A stretch of 64,000 bases of DNA from Cryomorphaceae bacterium. GTDB taxonomy: Bacteria > Bacteroidota > Bacteroidia > Flavobacteriales > Schleiferiaceae. The number at the start of each line of letters is the position of its first letter. The stretch's first letter is position 1. This document shows positions 1 through 12,006 of the stretch, one piece after another. The notes below the pieces were generated by a model, which saw only the letters and a program-made list of their open reading frames with translations, searched no databases and was not told the DNA's origin. The position numbers and the translations under genes are program-made. The DNA lies in NCBI GenBank assembly GCA_002682945.1, contig NYSL01000018.1, positions 1,570 through 65,569 of the forward strand. Reading direction: 5' to 3'.

Positions 1-129
1 CATTCCCTGATATAGTTGTGTAACCTTGATATCACCAACAACTTCATTACCAAACTTAGATAAAAAGTCTTTAATTTCTTTTTTGGCTGTTGGTATTTTA
101 TTAGAAAAGTGCTCTTGAATGCGATCCAT
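1..129 (-). CDS. gltA: Citrate synthase, N-terminal 43 codons only (gene runs off the window start)
   Basis: My own translation from the minus-strand ATG at 129 gives MDRIQEHFSNKIPTAKKEIKDFLSKFGNEVVGDIKVTQLYQGM. This resembles the N-terminus of bacteroidetal citrate synthases and sits next to eno, but the fragment is too short to be sure. Confidence 0.45.
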   Translation of the reverse strand, partial: MDRIQEHFSNKIPTAKKEIKDFLSKFGNEVVGDIKVTQLYQGM

Positions 130-135
130 AACTAT

Positions 136-1419
<1,284 letters not shown>

Positions 1420-2520
1420 TTATTTTTTATAATTTTTTATTTCATTTATAAATTCATCAAAAAGATAACGTGAATCATGAGGACCGGGGGATGCCTCAGG
1501 ATGATATTGTACGCTGAAAACAGGATAATCATTACGTTTTATTCCTGCAACCGTATGATCGTTTAAATGCAAATGTGTCAACTCTATATTTTTGTTTGAT
1601 TCAACATCTTCCTTCACAACAGCAAAACCATGATTTTGACTTGTAATTTCTCCTTTTTCCGTGGATAAATTTTTCACTGGATGATTAATTCCACGATGTC
1701 CATTATGCATCTTATAGGTTCTAAGCCCGGAAGCTAAAGCTATCATCTGATGTCCTAAACAAATTCCAAAAACTGGTTTACCTGAAGGTATGATTTTTTT
1801 AACAACTTCAATAATCTCAGGTGATGCACTAGGGTCACCAGGGCCATTTGATAAAAAATATGCATCAGGCATTTCTGCTTTTAAGACCTCATAGGAAGTG
1901 TTGAATGGGAAAACCTTGATAAAACAGTCTCGATCTGTAAGACATTTCAAAATACTTTTTTTTATTCCTAAGTCTAGTGCTACAATTTTGTATTTCGCAC
2001 TTGTGTCGCCTATCACGTATTCCTTTTTGGTACTTACCAGAGAGCATAATTCAAGACCTTCCATAGATGGGGTATCATCCAGCTGTTTTTTCAGAAAATC
2101 AATTCTTTGAGTATCCGTGGTCACAATAGCATTTTGAGCACCATTATCTCTTATATATTTTACGAGAGCTCTTGTATCAACGTCAGTTATGGCGACAACC
2201 CTTTGATCTTGGAGAAAACCCTTTAGAGTTTCCCCTTTCGCTTTTGCTCGAGATTGAACCTGACTAAAATTGCGAGTAATCAATCCAGAAATTTGAACTT
2301 CAGAATTTTCCGAATCCTCATCTGATATTCCATAATTCCCAATATGTACATTGGCAGTAACCATAATTTGACCCTTATAACTTGGATCAGTAAAAATTTC
2401 TTGATAACCAGACATCCCAGTATTAAAACAAATCTCACCAGTAACGGTTCCCTCAATGCCAATTGATCTTCCATGAAAAATTATACCATCATTGAGTAAA
2501 ACAAGAGCTTTATTTTTCAT
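1420..2520 (-). CDS. carA: Carbamoyl-phosphate synthase small (glutaminase) subunit
   Basis: 366 aa with a CPSase small-chain N-domain and a class-I amidotransferase triad context (GICLGHQM, ...QYHPE). Confidence 0.95.
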   Translation of the reverse strand: MKNKALVLLNDGIIFHGRSIGIEGTVTGEICFNTGMSGYQEIFTDPSYKGQIMVTANVHIGNYGISDEDSENSEVQISGLITRNFSQVQSRAKAKGETLKGFLQDQRVVAITDVDTRALVKYIRDNGAQNAIVTTDTQRIDFLKKQLDDTPSMEGLELCSLVSTKKEYVIGDTSAKYKIVALDLGIKKSILKCLTDRDCFIKVFPFNTSYEVLKAEMPDAYFLSNGPGDPSASPEIIEVVKKIIPSGKPVFGICLGHQMIALASGLRTYKMHNGHRGINHPVKNLSTEKGEITSQNHGFAVVKEDVESNKNIELTHLHLNDHTVAGIKRNDYPVFSVQYHPEASPGPHDSRYLFDEFINEIKNYKK

Positions 2521-2546
2521 TATTTTTCAAAATTTTTAATCAAAAC

Positions 2547-2582
2547 ATAAAAAAAGGATAAGGGAACAAACTCCTTATCCTT
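2547..2582 (-). terminator. Rho-independent terminator after rplQ (end of the ribosomal supercluster)
   Basis: Perfect 10-bp inverted repeat AAGGATAAGG (2554-2563) / CCTTATCCTT (2573-2582) with a 9-nt loop. A T-run follows on the minus strand (the plus-strand A-run at 2549-2553). It lies 36 nt downstream of the rplQ stop. Confidence 0.65.
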
Positions 2583-2618
2583 TACAAGTTAGTTGAGAAT
2601 TTGTTATCACTTTATCAT

Positions 2619-3149
2619 TTATTCTTTTTCCTCAGAACTAGGTTTATCACTAGAGACATCAAGATCCTTCTTGTTTTCAACTTTATCCTGAACTGAATTT
2701 ATTTCATTTGATTCTGATTCTTGAACTATTTTTTTTGATCTTCGTCTAGTAGATTTCTTTGGACTTTTCTTAATCTCGTTGCCATAGATTTCATTAAAAT
2801 CTACTAATTCAATCATGCACATCTCAGCATTATCTCCAAGCCGACTTCCTGTCTTTATGATTCTTGTATACCCTCCTGGACGGTCTCCTACTTTTAGAGA
2901 AACCTCTTTAAAAAGCTCAGTAACAGCTTCTTTACTCTGGAGATAACTAAAAACCAAACGTCGATTGTGTGTGCTATCAAGTTTTGCTCTTGTAACAAGA
3001 GGCTCAACATACTTTTTTAAGGCCTTGGCTTTTGCAACTGTCGTGTTGATCCTTTTGTGAATTACTAAAGAAGATGCCATATTACTTAACATCGCTTTTC
3101 GATGTGAAGCAGTTCGTCCTAGGTGATTAAATTTCTTCCCGTGTCTCAT
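2619..3149 (-). CDS. rplQ: 50S ribosomal protein L17 with a ~50-aa charged C-terminal extension
   Basis: [21 protein letters not shown]... is the L17 signature, and the gene lies directly after rpoA. Confidence 0.95.
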   Translation of the reverse strand: MRHGKKFNHLGRTASHRKAMLSNMASSLVIHKRINTTVAKAKALKKYVEPLVTRAKLDSTHNRRLVFSYLQSKEAVTELFKEVSLKVGDRPGGYTRIIKTGSRLGDNAEMCMIELVDFNEIYGNEIKKSPKKSTRRRSKKIVQESESNEINSVQDKVENKKDLDVSSDKPSSEEKE

Positions 3150-3152
3150 TGA

Positions 3153-4145
3153 TTATTCCTTGTCAAGTTTATATTTTGAGGTATCCATTCCAAAAGACAG
3201 GCCTAGATTTAAAACTAAATCCTCTAACTCAGTTAATGACTTTTTTCCAAAGTTTCTAAATTTCATTAGATCTGCTTTTGTGTATGAAACTAAATCCGCT
3301 ACGGTATCAACCTCTGCAGCTTTTAAACAATTTAATGCCCTAACGCTTAACTCAAGTTCTGTAAGTTGCTTCAAAAGCAATTTACGCATTTCCATAACCT
3401 CTTCATCGTAACTTTCTACTTCTTGAATCGGAGCAACGTCAGCAATCATTCGCTCATCTGTAAAAAGCAAGAAATGCTGGATGAGAATTTGAGCAGCATC
3501 TGTAAGCGCATCTTGAGGTACAACACTTCCGTCTGTTTCTATTTCCAAAATCAACTTTTCAAAATCGGTCTTTTGTTCGACACGGAAATTCTCGACATGA
3601 TATTTCACATTTTTAATCGGAGTGTAAATAGAATCTAATGCGATTGTACCCAAGGAGGCATCGATTTTCTTATTTTCTTCAGCTGGGATATATCCTCTAC
3701 CCTTTTCAATAGTTAGGTTCATTTCAATATTAACAGACTTATCCAAGTGACATATCACTAAGTCTGGATTCAATACTTGAAATGAAGTCATAAAGGATGC
3801 TAAATCTCCTGCAGTTAATATGTCTTTACCCGCAATATTGACCTTGACCATCTCTGAATCAGATGTTTCTATTTGTCGCTTTAGACGAACCTGTTTTAGA
3901 TTTAAAATCATTTCAGTAACATCCTCTACAACACCTTTGATCGTTGAGAATTCATGATTTACTCCTGAAAGGTTTATGGAGGTAAAAGCAAACCCTTCCA
4001 ACGAGTTTAGCAAAACACGTCTCAAGGCGTTACCAACAGTTAAGCCATAACCCGGCTCTAATGGGCGAAATTCAAATTGACCATAGGTGTCAGTAGTTGA
4101 ATTAACGATAACCTTTTCAGGTTTTTGAAATTGAAGAATAGCCAT
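3153..4145 (-). CDS. rpoA: DNA-directed RNA polymerase alpha subunit
   Basis: 330 aa with a RpoA N-terminal dimerisation domain and a C-terminal helix-hairpin-helix domain ([10 protein letters not shown]...NFGKKSL). Confidence 0.97.
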   Translation of the reverse strand: MAILQFQKPEKVIVNSTTDTYGQFEFRPLEPGYGLTVGNALRRVLLNSLEGFAFTSINLSGVNHEFSTIKGVVEDVTEMILNLKQVRLKRQIETSDSEMVKVNIAGKDILTAGDLASFMTSFQVLNPDLVICHLDKSVNIEMNLTIEKGRGYIPAEENKKIDASLGTIALDSIYTPIKNVKYHVENFRVEQKTDFEKLILEIETDGSVVPQDALTDAAQILIQHFLLFTDERMIADVAPIQEVESYDEEVMEMRKLLLKQLTELELSVRALNCLKAAEVDTVADLVSYTKADLMKFRNFGKKSLTELEDLVLNLGLSFGMDTSKYKLDKE

Positions 4146-4149
4146 AATA

Positions 4150-4755
4150 TTATTTTGAATAAAGTTCCACGATTAGTTGCTCTTTTATACCTTCAGGAAT
4201 CATATCTCTTTGAGGAACACTTAAAAGTGAACCCGACATATTAGCTTCATTCCACTCAACCCAAGGATATTGGTGCGCAGAACCCGAAAGAGAAGCTGTA
4301 ATAACCTCGAGGGTCTTAGACTTTTCACGAACGGCGACAATGTCACCTGGTTTAACATGAAAAGAAGGAATGTTAACAACTTTGCCGTTAACAGTTATGT
4401 GACGATGAGAAACTAATTGCCTTGATCCTCGTCGCGTGGGGGCAATCCCCAATCGATATACTACATTATCTAACCTTGCCTCACAAAGTTGAAGAAGCAC
4501 CTCTCCCGTAACTCCTTTAGACCTTGAAGCTCGATCAAATAAATTTCTAAACTGTCTTTCTAAAATACCATAAGTATATTTTGCCTTTTGCTTTTCTAGA
4601 AGTTGAACAGAATATTCTGATTTCTTTCCACGCTTTCTCTGAAAACCATGTTGTCCTGGAGGATAATTGCGTTTTTCTAGAGCTCGATCTGGCCCAAATA
4701 TGGGTTCACCAAATCGTCGTGAAATTTTTGTTAAGGGACCTCTGTAACGTGCCAT
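4150..4755 (-). CDS. rpsD: 30S ribosomal protein S4
   Basis: MARYRGP...[12 protein letters not shown]... followed by an S4 RNA-binding domain. Confidence 0.97.
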   Translation of the reverse strand: MARYRGPLTKISRRFGEPIFGPDRALEKRNYPPGQHGFQRKRGKKSEYSVQLLEKQKAKYTYGILERQFRNLFDRASRSKGVTGEVLLQLCEARLDNVVYRLGIAPTRRGSRQLVSHRHITVNGKVVNIPSFHVKPGDIVAVREKSKTLEVITASLSGSAHQYPWVEWNEANMSGSLLSVPQRDMIPEGIKEQLIVELYSK

Positions 4756-4772
4756 TTTTTTTTAATTTAATA

Positions 4773-5165
4773 TTATACTCGGCGGCGCTTTGGTGGACGA
4801 CAACCATTGTGTGGCATAGGGGTGATATCAACAATTTCCATTACCTCTATCCCACTATTATTAAGACTTCGGATAGCACTTTCGCGACCATTCCCCGGAC
4901 CCTTAACATAAACTTTAACTTTTCTCAGACCTGCCTCTAAAGCAGGAGTCGCAGCATTCTCAGCTGCCATTTGCGCTGCATAGGGAGTGTTCTTTTTCGA
5001 ACCCCGAAATCCCATCTTACCAGCAGATGACCAAGAGATAACTTGACCTTGAATATTGGTTAATGCAATAATAATATTGTTAAATGTTGAACTCACATGA
5101 GCTTGCCCAATTGCCTCGACTTTGACTTTTCGCTTCTTTGTAGATTTTGCTGACTGTGCCATCAA
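4773..5165 (-). CDS. rpsK: 30S ribosomal protein S11
   Basis: 130 aa ending ...[18 protein letters not shown], as S11 does. Confidence 0.97.
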   Translation of the reverse strand: MMAQSAKSTKKRKVKVEAIGQAHVSSTFNNIIIALTNIQGQVISWSSAGKMGFRGSKKNTPYAAQMAAENAATPALEAGLRKVKVYVKGPGNGRESAIRSLNNSGIEVMEIVDITPMPHNGCRPPKRRRV

Positions 5166-5173
5166 TTATTCAA

Positions 5174-5551
5174 TTATTTCGTTACCTTCTTTTTATTTGC
5201 TACTGTCTTTCTCTTACCTTTTCGTGTTCTCGAATTATTCTTGGTATGCTGCCCTCGGAGAGGAAGACCTAAGCGGTGTCTTATACCGCGTTGACAACCT
5301 ATATCCATCAATCTTTTGATATTCAGTTGAACTTCCGAACGCAGTTCTCCCTCAACCTTAATATTCTCGGAGATGAAATTTCGAATCTCCTGAAGTTGAT
5401 CATCTGACCATTCTTGAACTTTAATACTGTAATCCACCCCTGCATTAGAGAGAATTTCACGCGACAAAGACCTACCAATGCCATAGATATATGTTAATCC
5501 AATTTCTCCACGTTTATTTTTTGGGAGATCAATACCTGCTATTCTAGCCAT
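5174..5551 (-). CDS. rpsM: 30S ribosomal protein S13
   Basis: [14 protein letters not shown]...[13 protein letters not shown] is the S13 signature. Confidence 0.97.
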   Translation of the reverse strand: MARIAGIDLPKNKRGEIGLTYIYGIGRSLSREILSNAGVDYSIKVQEWSDDQLQEIRNFISENIKVEGELRSEVQLNIKRLMDIGCQRGIRHRLGLPLRGQHTKNNSRTRKGKRKTVANKKKVTK

Positions 5552-5576
5552 TTCTATTTTTTATTATATAATAATT

Positions 5577-5693
5577 TTATCCCTGGCGTTGCTTAAACCT
5601 TGGATTCTTCTTGTTAATAATGTAAAGTCGTCCCTTTCTTCGGACAATTTTACAATCGGAACTACGCTTTTTTAATGATGCTCTTACTTTCAT
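5577..5693 (-). CDS. rpmJ: 50S ribosomal protein L36 (38 aa, below the ORF-track cutoff)
   Basis: My own translation gives [38 protein letters not shown]. It lies in the conserved position between infA and rpsM. There is a single Cys, so this is the zinc-less form. Confidence 0.9.
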   Translation of the reverse strand: MKVRASLKKRSSDCKIVRRKGRLYIINKKNPRFKQRQG

Positions 5694-5720
5694 AGTTACA
5701 TTTCTTTAAAATAATATCAT

Positions 5721-5936
5721 TTAATATCTGTATGTTATTCGAGCCTTTGATAAATCGTACGGTGACATTTCCAATTTTACTCGATCCCCAGGAAGGAGCT
5801 TAATGTAATGCATGCGCATTTTTCCCGATATATGGGCGGTAACAATATGGCCATTTTCTAATTCCACTCTAAACATAGCATTAGATAGGTTCTCAGTAAT
5901 TGTTCCGTCTTGTGTTATACCAGGTTCTTTTGCCAT
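5721..5936 (-). CDS. infA: Translation initiation factor IF-1
   Basis: [30 protein letters not shown]... The ORF-track start at 5972 adds 12 residues that overlap secY. The ATG at 5936 gives the canonical 71-aa IF-1. Confidence 0.93.
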   Translation of the reverse strand: MAKEPGITQDGTITENLSNAMFRVELENGHIVTAHISGKMRMHYIKLLPGDRVKLEMSPYDLSKARITYRY

Positions 5937-5937
5937 A

Positions 5938-7269
5938 TTATAATGATGTATTTCTCCCACGCATACGGCCACCTTCCATGAGTCCGTCGTAATGGCTATT
6001 TAACAAATAACTCTCAATCTGCATTAAGGTATCAAGAACGACTCCAACAATAATTAAAAGTGAAGTTCCTCCGTAGAACTGAGCCCATTGCATATTTATT
6101 CCCAAAGTCATAGCAACGGCAGGTAAAATTGCAATCAAAGCCAATAGTACGGCACCAGGTAATGTGATTTTTGCGAGAACGTCATCAATGTAATTCCCTG
6201 TCGCCTCTCCAGGCTTAATCCCGGGAACAAATCCTCCATTTCGTTTCAGGTCATCAGCAATTTGAGTAGTATTGATTTGAATTGCTGTGTAAAAATAAGT
6301 GAAGACCAAAATTAACAATGCAAAAACAAAATTATACCAAAAGCCCTGAATATCTCCGAAGACATTAACCAACCAAGTTGCTCCTGACCCTTCTATACCG
6401 GTATATTGAACAACTGTTAAGGGCACAAACATCAAAGCCTGAGCAAAAATTATTGGCATAACACCTGATGCGTTTACTCTCACAGGAAGGTAACTTCTAC
6501 CTAAGGACTTACTACTACCTCCAGCCACTCGCTTTGCGTATTCTAGAGGGACCTTTCGAACCGCCTGAGTAATTGCAATGGCAAATAGAAAAACAAGGTA
6601 CAGGGCTACGAGTTCAATTAAAAATTTAATCCACCCTCCACCAGTTGGGCTTAATTGGGTAGCTACTTCCTGAAAAAATGCTTGAGGGAAATTCGCTATG
6701 ATACCGATCATTATGAGAAGAGATATTCCATTCCCAACTCCTTTTTCAGTAATTCTCTCTCCCAACCACATGGCAAAAATAGTTCCAGCGATAATTACGA
6801 TCCATGAAGCCAACCAAAAAGTTGACATTGGTAATGTAATATTCACACCTTGATAAATTAAGTTAGTTATGTATCCTGGAGCTTGGGCAGCAACGATAAG
6901 AATAGTTAGGTACCGAGTTATTTGATTTAGTTTTCTTCGACCAGACTCGCCTTCTTTCTGCATTTTTTGAACAGCAGGAACTGCAAGTCCGGCAAGCTGT
7001 ATTACAATAGAGGCTGAAATATAAGGCATAATTCCAAGTGCTAAAATAGATGCATTAGCAAAAGCACCTCCTGAAAATGCATTAATCAAGCCTACAAGGC
7101 CTTCGGAAGCTTGGCTTTGAAGATTTTCAAGACTGGAAGGATCTATGCCCGGTAGAACCACATTCGATCCCAAACGGTATACAAGCAGAAGACCTGCAGT
7201 AAGCAATAGCTTTTCACGCAGCTCAGTAATGCCCCATATATTTCTTAACGTTTGGATAAAGCGATTCAT
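5938..7269 (-). CDS. secY: Preprotein translocase subunit SecY
   Basis: 443-aa polytopic protein in the conserved position after rplO, with SecY blocks ([11 protein letters not shown]..., [10 protein letters not shown]). Confidence 0.97.
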   Translation of the reverse strand: MNRFIQTLRNIWGITELREKLLLTAGLLLVYRLGSNVVLPGIDPSSLENLQSQASEGLVGLINAFSGGAFANASILALGIMPYISASIVIQLAGLAVPAVQKMQKEGESGRRKLNQITRYLTILIVAAQAPGYITNLIYQGVNITLPMSTFWLASWIVIIAGTIFAMWLGERITEKGVGNGISLLIMIGIIANFPQAFFQEVATQLSPTGGGWIKFLIELVALYLVFLFAIAITQAVRKVPLEYAKRVAGGSSKSLGRSYLPVRVNASGVMPIIFAQALMFVPLTVVQYTGIEGSGATWLVNVFGDIQGFWYNFVFALLILVFTYFYTAIQINTTQIADDLKRNGGFVPGIKPGEATGNYIDDVLAKITLPGAVLLALIAILPAVAMTLGINMQWAQFYGGTSLLIIVGVVLDTLMQIESYLLNSHYDGLMEGGRMRGRNTSL

Positions 7270-7271
7270 AA

Positions 7272-7940
7272 TTACTTTTTAGTTTCCTTTTTAGTTTTCT
7301 TTTTGACCTCTTTTTTGGTTTCTTTTTTTGTTCCCATTTTGGCCTCCTTTGTGGTTTCTTTTTTGGCCTCCTTTGTGGTTTCTTTTTTGGCCTCCTTTGT
7401 GGTTTCTTTTTTGGCCTCTTTTATCGTTTCCTTTTTAGTTTCCTTAGCAGTAGAATCTTTCGAAATTTTTACTTCCTCTAAGGAAGTATTTGAATTTGTC
7501 AGTTCGATTGAACCACCTGCTTTTTCAATCGCATTCTTTGCGGAGAAACTTATCTTATCTACTTTGACTTTAACTGATGCTGAAATTTTTCCACGACCCA
7601 AGACTTTGACTAGGTCATTTTTACTTGCTAGACCACTTGCAATTAAAGATTCTAGGGTGATTTCTTTTACCTTTTTATCATCTATCAGTTTTTGAATGAT
7701 ATCAAGATTAATTACGCGATACTCAGTTCGATTCGGATTTGTAAAACCAAATTTTGGAACTCTCCTCTGCAAAGGCATTTGACCTCCTTCGAAACCTATT
7801 TTTTTGCTGTAACCTGATCTAGATTTCGCACCCTTGTGACCACGACCAGAGGTGCCAGCAGAGCCACTACCTTCTCCTCGTCCAAGACGTTTTTTTGTAA
7901 ATGTTGAACCTTCTGCAGGTTTTAAGTTATGAAGTGACAT
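7272..7940 (-). CDS. rplO: 50S ribosomal protein L15 with a ~75-aa Lys/Glu-rich repeat tail
   Basis: The first ~145 aa are L15 ([12 protein letters not shown]...GRGHKG...). The C-terminus reads [36 protein letters not shown]... Confidence 0.93.
   Translation of the reverse strand: MSLHNLKPAEGSTFTKKRLGRGEGSGSAGTSGRGHKGAKSRSGYSKKIGFEGGQMPLQRRVPKFGFTNPNRTEYRVINLDIIQKLIDDKKVKEITLESLIASGLASKNDLVKVLGRGKISASVKVKVDKISFSAKNAIEKAGGSIELTNSNTSLEEVKISKDSTAKETKKETIKEAKKETTKEAKKETTKEAKKETTKEAKMGTKKETKKEVKKKTKKETKK
7275..7445 (-). repeat. In-frame 24-nt tandem repeat encoding the L15 tail
   Basis: Three perfect copies of GGCCTCCTTTGTGGTTTCTTTTTT lie on the plus strand at 7341-7364, 7365-7388 and 7389-7412, flanked by degenerate copies. 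On the minus strand each unit encodes KKETTKEA. Confidence 0.9.
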
Positions 7941-7952
7941 ACTATATGATTA

Positions 7953-8135
7953 TTATTTTAATTCTTCCACCGTAACAAGGTGACTTACTGTTTGAACCAT
8001 ACCGACAATTTGGGCATTTTTTTTATGCTCCACAGTTTGGTTAATTTTTCGAAGACCTAGAGCTACCATAGTCGCTTTTTGATTTGGAGGGCGATTTATA
8101 ACGCTTCGTTTTTGAGTAATTTTTAAGATTGACAT
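7953..8135 (-). CDS. rpmD: 50S ribosomal protein L30
   Basis: 60 aa, ...ITQKRSVINRPPNQKATMVALGLRKINQ... Confidence 0.93.
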   Translation of the reverse strand: MSILKITQKRSVINRPPNQKATMVALGLRKINQTVEHKKNAQIVGMVQTVSHLVTVEELK

Positions 8136-8144
8136 AAACTCTGA

Positions 8145-8666
8145 TTATTTACCATTAAAAACTTGAGAAACTGATATACCTCTTGACTTTGCAACTTGTT
8201 TTGCATCTCTGAGAGAGTGTAAGGCCTCAAAAGTTGCTTTTACCAAATTATGAGGATTCGATGACCCTTTTGATTTCGCCAAAACATCGTGAATACCGAC
8301 ACATTCAAGCACATGACGCATTGCCCCACCCGCAATAACTCCAGTTCCGGATGATGCAGGTCTTAAAAATACTTTTGCCCCAGCAAATTTCCCATCTTGC
8401 TCGTGGGGAAGTGTTCCTTTGACTACAGGGAAACGATATAAGTTCTTTTTTGCATCTTCAATACCCTTATTTACAGCTTCAGATACTTCCTTACTCTTTC
8501 CAAGGCCATATCCTCCTATTCCATGCTCATCACCGACGACTACTATAGCAGTGAAACCAAATGTTCGACCACCTTTTGTCACCTTTGTAACACGCTGAAC
8601 ACCCACTAGTTTATCTACTAATTCTAAACCACTAGGTTTTACTTTTTTTATATTTTTATCTTTCAT
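8145..8666 (-). CDS. rpsE: 30S ribosomal protein S5
   Basis: 173 aa with the S5 double-stranded-RNA-binding and C-terminal domains ([12 protein letters not shown]..). Confidence 0.96.
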   Translation of the reverse strand: MKDKNIKKVKPSGLELVDKLVGVQRVTKVTKGGRTFGFTAIVVVGDEHGIGGYGLGKSKEVSEAVNKGIEDAKKNLYRFPVVKGTLPHEQDGKFAGAKVFLRPASSGTGVIAGGAMRHVLECVGIHDVLAKSKGSSNPHNLVKATFEALHSLRDAKQVAKSRGISVSQVFNGK

Positions 8667-8675
8667 AATCCTAAA

Positions 8676-9035
8676 TCAGAATTTCAATCCAGCCTCACGT
8701 GCTCCGGTGGCTAGAGATTTAATACGTCCATGATATAAATAACCTCCTCGATCAAACGAAACTGTTTTAATACCATTAGTTTTCGCTACTTCAGCAATTT
8801 TCTTCCCAACTTCAAAAGCCCGCTCGATTTTCGTTCCTGAGATGGAGTCTCCAGAATTAGTCAAAGAAGTTGCTGTACCTATTGTTAATCCGTTCACATC
8901 ATCAATTAATTGAGCATAAATTTCTTTACTACTTCGGTAAACCGCTAGCCTAGGACGAGCTTCTGTACCCTTGACTACATTTCGAATTCTTTTATGTATC
9001 CTTTGTCTACGATTCATTTTCTTAGTTCCCATCAT
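8676..9035 (-). CDS. rplR: 50S ribosomal protein L18
   Basis: ...[27 protein letters not shown]... The start could be any of the first three Met codons. Confidence 0.94.
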   Translation of the reverse strand: MMGTKKMNRRQRIHKRIRNVVKGTEARPRLAVYRSSKEIYAQLIDDVNGLTIGTATSLTNSGDSISGTKIERAFEVGKKIAEVAKTNGIKTVSFDRGGYLYHGRIKSLATGAREAGLKF

Positions 9036-9038
9036 TTA

Positions 9039-9590
9039 TTATTTTGCTGCTGTTTTACCTGCTTTTTTACGGACTACTTCACCTAAATATCGAACTCCTT
9101 TGCCTTTATAGGGTTCAGGCTTTCTGAAAGATCTTATCTTGGATGCAATCATTCCGACAAGTTGTTTATCATGAGAAAAAAGTTCAACAATTGGATTTTT
9201 ACCCTTTTCACTTATTGTATTCACTTTAACTTCAGTTGGTATTTGAATACTGATGTTATGTGAAAAACCTAATGCCAAATCCAATACTTGACCACGATGA
9301 TTTGCTCTAAAACCAACGCCGACAAGTTCTAACTTTTTTGACCACCCCTTAGATAGGCCAACAACCATATTCGAAATTAGTGATCTATATAGACCATGAT
9401 TCGCTCGTTGATCTTTTGAATTTGATGAGCGGGTTAATGTGATAACATTTTCAGTAATTTCAACATTTATGCCATCAGAAACCTTTTGAGTTAAAGTTAT
9501 ACCCTTAGCTTCTACTGAAACAGTTGAGTCCTTAACGCTAACAGATACACCAGCAGGGATGTTTATGGGGGCATTACCTATTCTTGACAT
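9039..9590 (-). CDS. rplF: 50S ribosomal protein L6
   Basis: MSRIGNAPINIPAGVSVSV..., 183 aa. Confidence 0.96.
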   Translation of the reverse strand: MSRIGNAPINIPAGVSVSVKDSTVSVEAKGITLTQKVSDGINVEITENVITLTRSSNSKDQRANHGLYRSLISNMVVGLSKGWSKKLELVGVGFRANHRGQVLDLALGFSHNISIQIPTEVKVNTISEKGKNPIVELFSHDKQLVGMIASKIRSFRKPEPYKGKGVRYLGEVVRKKAGKTAAK

Positions 9591-9602
9591 TGATTCTGTA
9601 CT

Positions 9603-10001
9603 TTAATAAACATAACATATTATTTCACCACCGATATTTCTATCTCGAGCCTCTTTGTCAGTCATCATGCCTTGAGAGGTGCTGACAATTGCAATTCCAA
9701 GCCCGTTCTTGACACGAGGTAAAGAGCTAGAAGATTTATAATTACGAAGACCTGGGCTAGAAGCCCTATCAATTCCTCGAATTACTGGACGCTTTGAACC
9801 TAACTCGTATTTTAAAGCCACTTTTAAAGTACCTTGAGCAGTATCTTTATCGACTTTATAACTCGAGATATAACCCTGATCCTGAAGAATTCGGGCGATT
9901 TCAGTCTTTACATTGCTAGAAGGTAATTCGACTACTTGATGACCTGCTGTTGCACCGTTGCGCAATCGGGTCAGGAAGTCTGCTATAGGATCTGTATACA
10001 T
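9603..10001 (-). CDS. rpsH: 30S ribosomal protein S8
   Basis: MYTDPIADFLTRLRNG... is the canonical S8 start (ATG at 10001). The ORF-track start at 10046 would overlap rpsN. Confidence 0.94.
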   Translation of the reverse strand: MYTDPIADFLTRLRNGATAGHQVVELPSSNVKTEIARILQDQGYISSYKVDKDTAQGTLKVALKYELGSKRPVIRGIDRASSPGLRNYKSSSSLPRVKNGLGIAIVSTSQGMMTDKEARDRNIGGEIICYVY

Positions 10002-10023
10002 CTTTTTAACTTTTAATAATAAT

Positions 10024-10293
10024 TTACCAACTCGACTTTTTGACACCAGGAATCAAACCCGATAACGCCATCTCGCGAAATGTCACTCTCGATAAGCCAA
10101 ATTGACGCATATATCCTCGAGGCCGTCCAGTTATTTTACATCGATTATGAAGACGAACAGGGGATGCATTTTTAGGTAGCTTTTGCAGTCCAGCATAATC
10201 TCCTGCCGCCTTTAAAGCTTCGCGTTTTTTAGCATATTTCGCAACAACTGCTTGTCTTTTGCGCTCTCGCGCTTTCATTGATTCTTTTGCCAT
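10024..10293 (-). CDS. rpsN: 30S ribosomal protein S14 (89 aa, non-zinc form)
   Basis: [14 protein letters not shown]...[11 protein letters not shown], using the ATG at 10293. The longer ORF reaching 10371 overlaps rplE. Confidence 0.94.
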   Translation of the reverse strand: MAKESMKARERKRQAVVAKYAKKREALKAAGDYAGLQKLPKNASPVRLHNRCKITGRPRGYMRQFGLSRVTFREMALSGLIPGVKKSSW

Positions 10294-10297
10294 ATCT

Positions 10298-10837
10298 CTA
10301 TTTCTTAAAAGGCATTCCAAATTCCTGGAGAAGCGCTTTGCACTCCATATCTGTCTTTGCACTTGAAACAAGTGTTATATCCATTCCAGATATACGATTT
10401 ACTTTATCAATTTCAATTTCTGGAAAAATGATTTGCTCCGTAATTCCAAAAGTGAAGTTTCCTCTGCCATCAAATCCTTCCTTGATGCCTTGAAAATCAC
10501 GAATTCGAGGTAAAGAAGAAACGAGTAATCTTTCCAAAAAATCGTACATCTTTGTACCGCGTAGCGTAACTCTTGCACCAACAGGCATACCCTTTCTCAA
10601 TTTAAAATTTGATATATCCTTTTTTGATTTAGTAGGAACTGCTTTTTGCCCGGCTATTAGAGTCATTTCTTCTACTGCTGCATCTACCAACTTTTTATCT
10701 GCGACAGCAGCACCGATACCCTGGCTTAGAACTATTTTTTCTAGTCTCGGAACTTGCAAGCTATTCGAGTATCCAAATCGTTCTTTCATGGCTGGAACAA
10801 CCCTATCTCGGTATTCATTTTTAAGTTTTGATTCCAT
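10298..10837 (-). CDS. rplE: 50S ribosomal protein L5
   Basis: 179 aa, ...[14 protein letters not shown]... is the L5 family. Confidence 0.96.
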   Translation of the reverse strand: MESKLKNEYRDRVVPAMKERFGYSNSLQVPRLEKIVLSQGIGAAVADKKLVDAAVEEMTLIAGQKAVPTKSKKDISNFKLRKGMPVGARVTLRGTKMYDFLERLLVSSLPRIRDFQGIKEGFDGRGNFTFGITEQIIFPEIEIDKVNRISGMDITLVSSAKTDMECKALLQEFGMPFKK

Positions 10838-10839
10838 AT

Positions 10840-11154
10840 CTAAATTGTATCACCTGTTTTTTTCGAGAAGCGCACCATTTCTCCCTTTTCATTTAACTTA
10901 TGCCCCGTACGAGTTGGATTACCACTTCCTTCAACTAACATTAAGTTAGAGACATGAATCGGAGCTTCCATCTTTGAAATTCCTCCCTGAGGACTATTGG
11001 CTGAAGGCTTTTGATGTTTTGTGACCATATTTAGTCCCTCGACCACTGCCCTATGCTGTTTTGGTATCATACGTATGACCTTACCAGACTTCCCTTTTGA
11101 AGTACCAGCTGTAACCATTACCGTATCGCCTGTTTTAATATGAAACTTTGCCAT
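10840..11154 (-). CDS. rplX: 50S ribosomal protein L24
   Basis: KOW motif: [21 protein letters not shown]. Confidence 0.95.
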   Translation of the reverse strand: MAKFHIKTGDTVMVTAGTSKGKSGKVIRMIPKQHRAVVEGLNMVTKHQKPSANSPQGGISKMEAPIHVSNLMLVEGSGNPTRTGHKLNEKGEMVRFSKKTGDTI

Positions 11155-11168
11155 CTTTTTATAAATTC

Positions 11169-11537
11169 TTAAAGCACTTCTGGTGCTAAGGATACAATTT
11201 TCATGAATTGCTTGTCTCTCAACTCTCGAGCAACAGGACCAAAAACACGAGTACCTCGCATTTCACCTGTTGGATTCAAGAGAACACAAGCATTATCGTC
11301 AAAACGGATATATGATCCATCAGGACGCCTAACCTCTTTCTTTGTACGGACAACAACAGCTGTTGCAACCGTACCTTTCTTAGCTCCACCTGAAGGCATT
11401 GCATCTTTGATCGTGACGACAATTTTGTCACCCAAACCTGCATATCGCCGCTTTGTACCTCCTAATACCCTTATGACCAAAACTTCTTTGGCACCAGTAT
11501 TATCTGCAACTTTTAATCGTGATTCTGTTTGTAACAT
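11169..11537 (-). CDS. rplN: 50S ribosomal protein L14
   Basis: [19 protein letters not shown]..., 122 aa. Confidence 0.97.
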   Translation of the reverse strand: MLQTESRLKVADNTGAKEVLVIRVLGGTKRRYAGLGDKIVVTIKDAMPSGGAKKGTVATAVVVRTKKEVRRPDGSYIRFDDNACVLLNPTGEMRGTRVFGPVARELRDKQFMKIVSLAPEVL

Positions 11538-11538
11538 T

Positions 11539-11799
11539 TTACTTTGCTCTTTCCAATATTTCTATTACTCGCCAAACCTTTGTTTTACTCAGTGGACGTG
11601 TTTCCATAATTTTTACTGTGTCACCACTATTGCAATCGTTTTTCTCATCATGCGCATGAAATTTGTTACTATATGTAACAAACTTTCCATACATAGGATG
11701 TTTTACTCTTCGAGATACCCTAACAGTTACAGTTTTATCCATAGAATTACTCGTAACTACACCGATTCTCTCTTTTCTCAAATTTCTTTTGTCTTCCAT
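11539..11799 (-). CDS. rpsQ: 30S ribosomal protein S17
   Basis: ...[21 protein letters not shown].., 86 aa. Confidence 0.95.
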   Translation of the reverse strand: MEDKRNLRKERIGVVTSNSMDKTVTVRVSRRVKHPMYGKFVTYSNKFHAHDEKNDCNSGDTVKIMETRPLSKTKVWRVIEILERAK

Positions 11800-11802
11800 G
11801 AA

Positions 11803-11994
11803 TTATTTTGAATTACGATTAGACACTTCCATAGTTAGCCTTGCGACTATTTTCCTTACACTTGCTATCCTCATTGGATTCTCTAGGGGACTAATGCGAT
11901 TTTTTAACTTCATATCTTCAAGCTCTTTTTTCAAATCATGAAATTGCTTTGAAAGCTCTTCTTCACTTAGATTTCTAATTTCATTCATCTTCAT
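11803..11994 (-). CDS. rpmC: 50S ribosomal protein L29
   Basis: 63 aa, helical, in the conserved position between rplP and rpsQ. Confidence 0.92.
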   Translation of the reverse strand: MKMNEIRNLSEEELSKQFHDLKKELEDMKLKNRISPLENPMRIASVRKIVARLTMEVSNRNSK

Positions 11995-12006
11995 AATAAC
12001 TGTTGA

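Noticed and set aside
5937-5972. N-terminal extensions of infA (to 5972), rpsN (to 10371) and rpsH (to 10046) in the ORF track, which would create long gene overlaps
   Set aside because: Internal ATG codons give the canonical family N-termini (MAKEPGI..., [10 protein letters not shown]..., MYTDPIADF...) and remove the overlaps.
7341-7412. Short perfect direct repeats here and at 28666-28720, considered as a possible CRISPR or minisatellite
   Set aside because: The units are contiguous with no spacers, in frame, and inside clear coding sequences. No cas genes are present in the window.
7252-7695. 147-aa plus-strand ORF full of [13 protein letters not shown] repeats that looks like a repetitive membrane protein
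   Set aside because: It is the antisense reading of the L15 KE-repeat tail and the L15 core. The minus-strand frame has clear L15 homology and operon context.
11203-11811. 202-aa plus-strand ORF, the longest unexplained ORF in the ribosomal cluster
   Set aside because: It lies entirely antisense to rplN and rpsQ, which are unambiguous. It has no recognisable motifs, and an open frame opposite highly expressed genes is typical.
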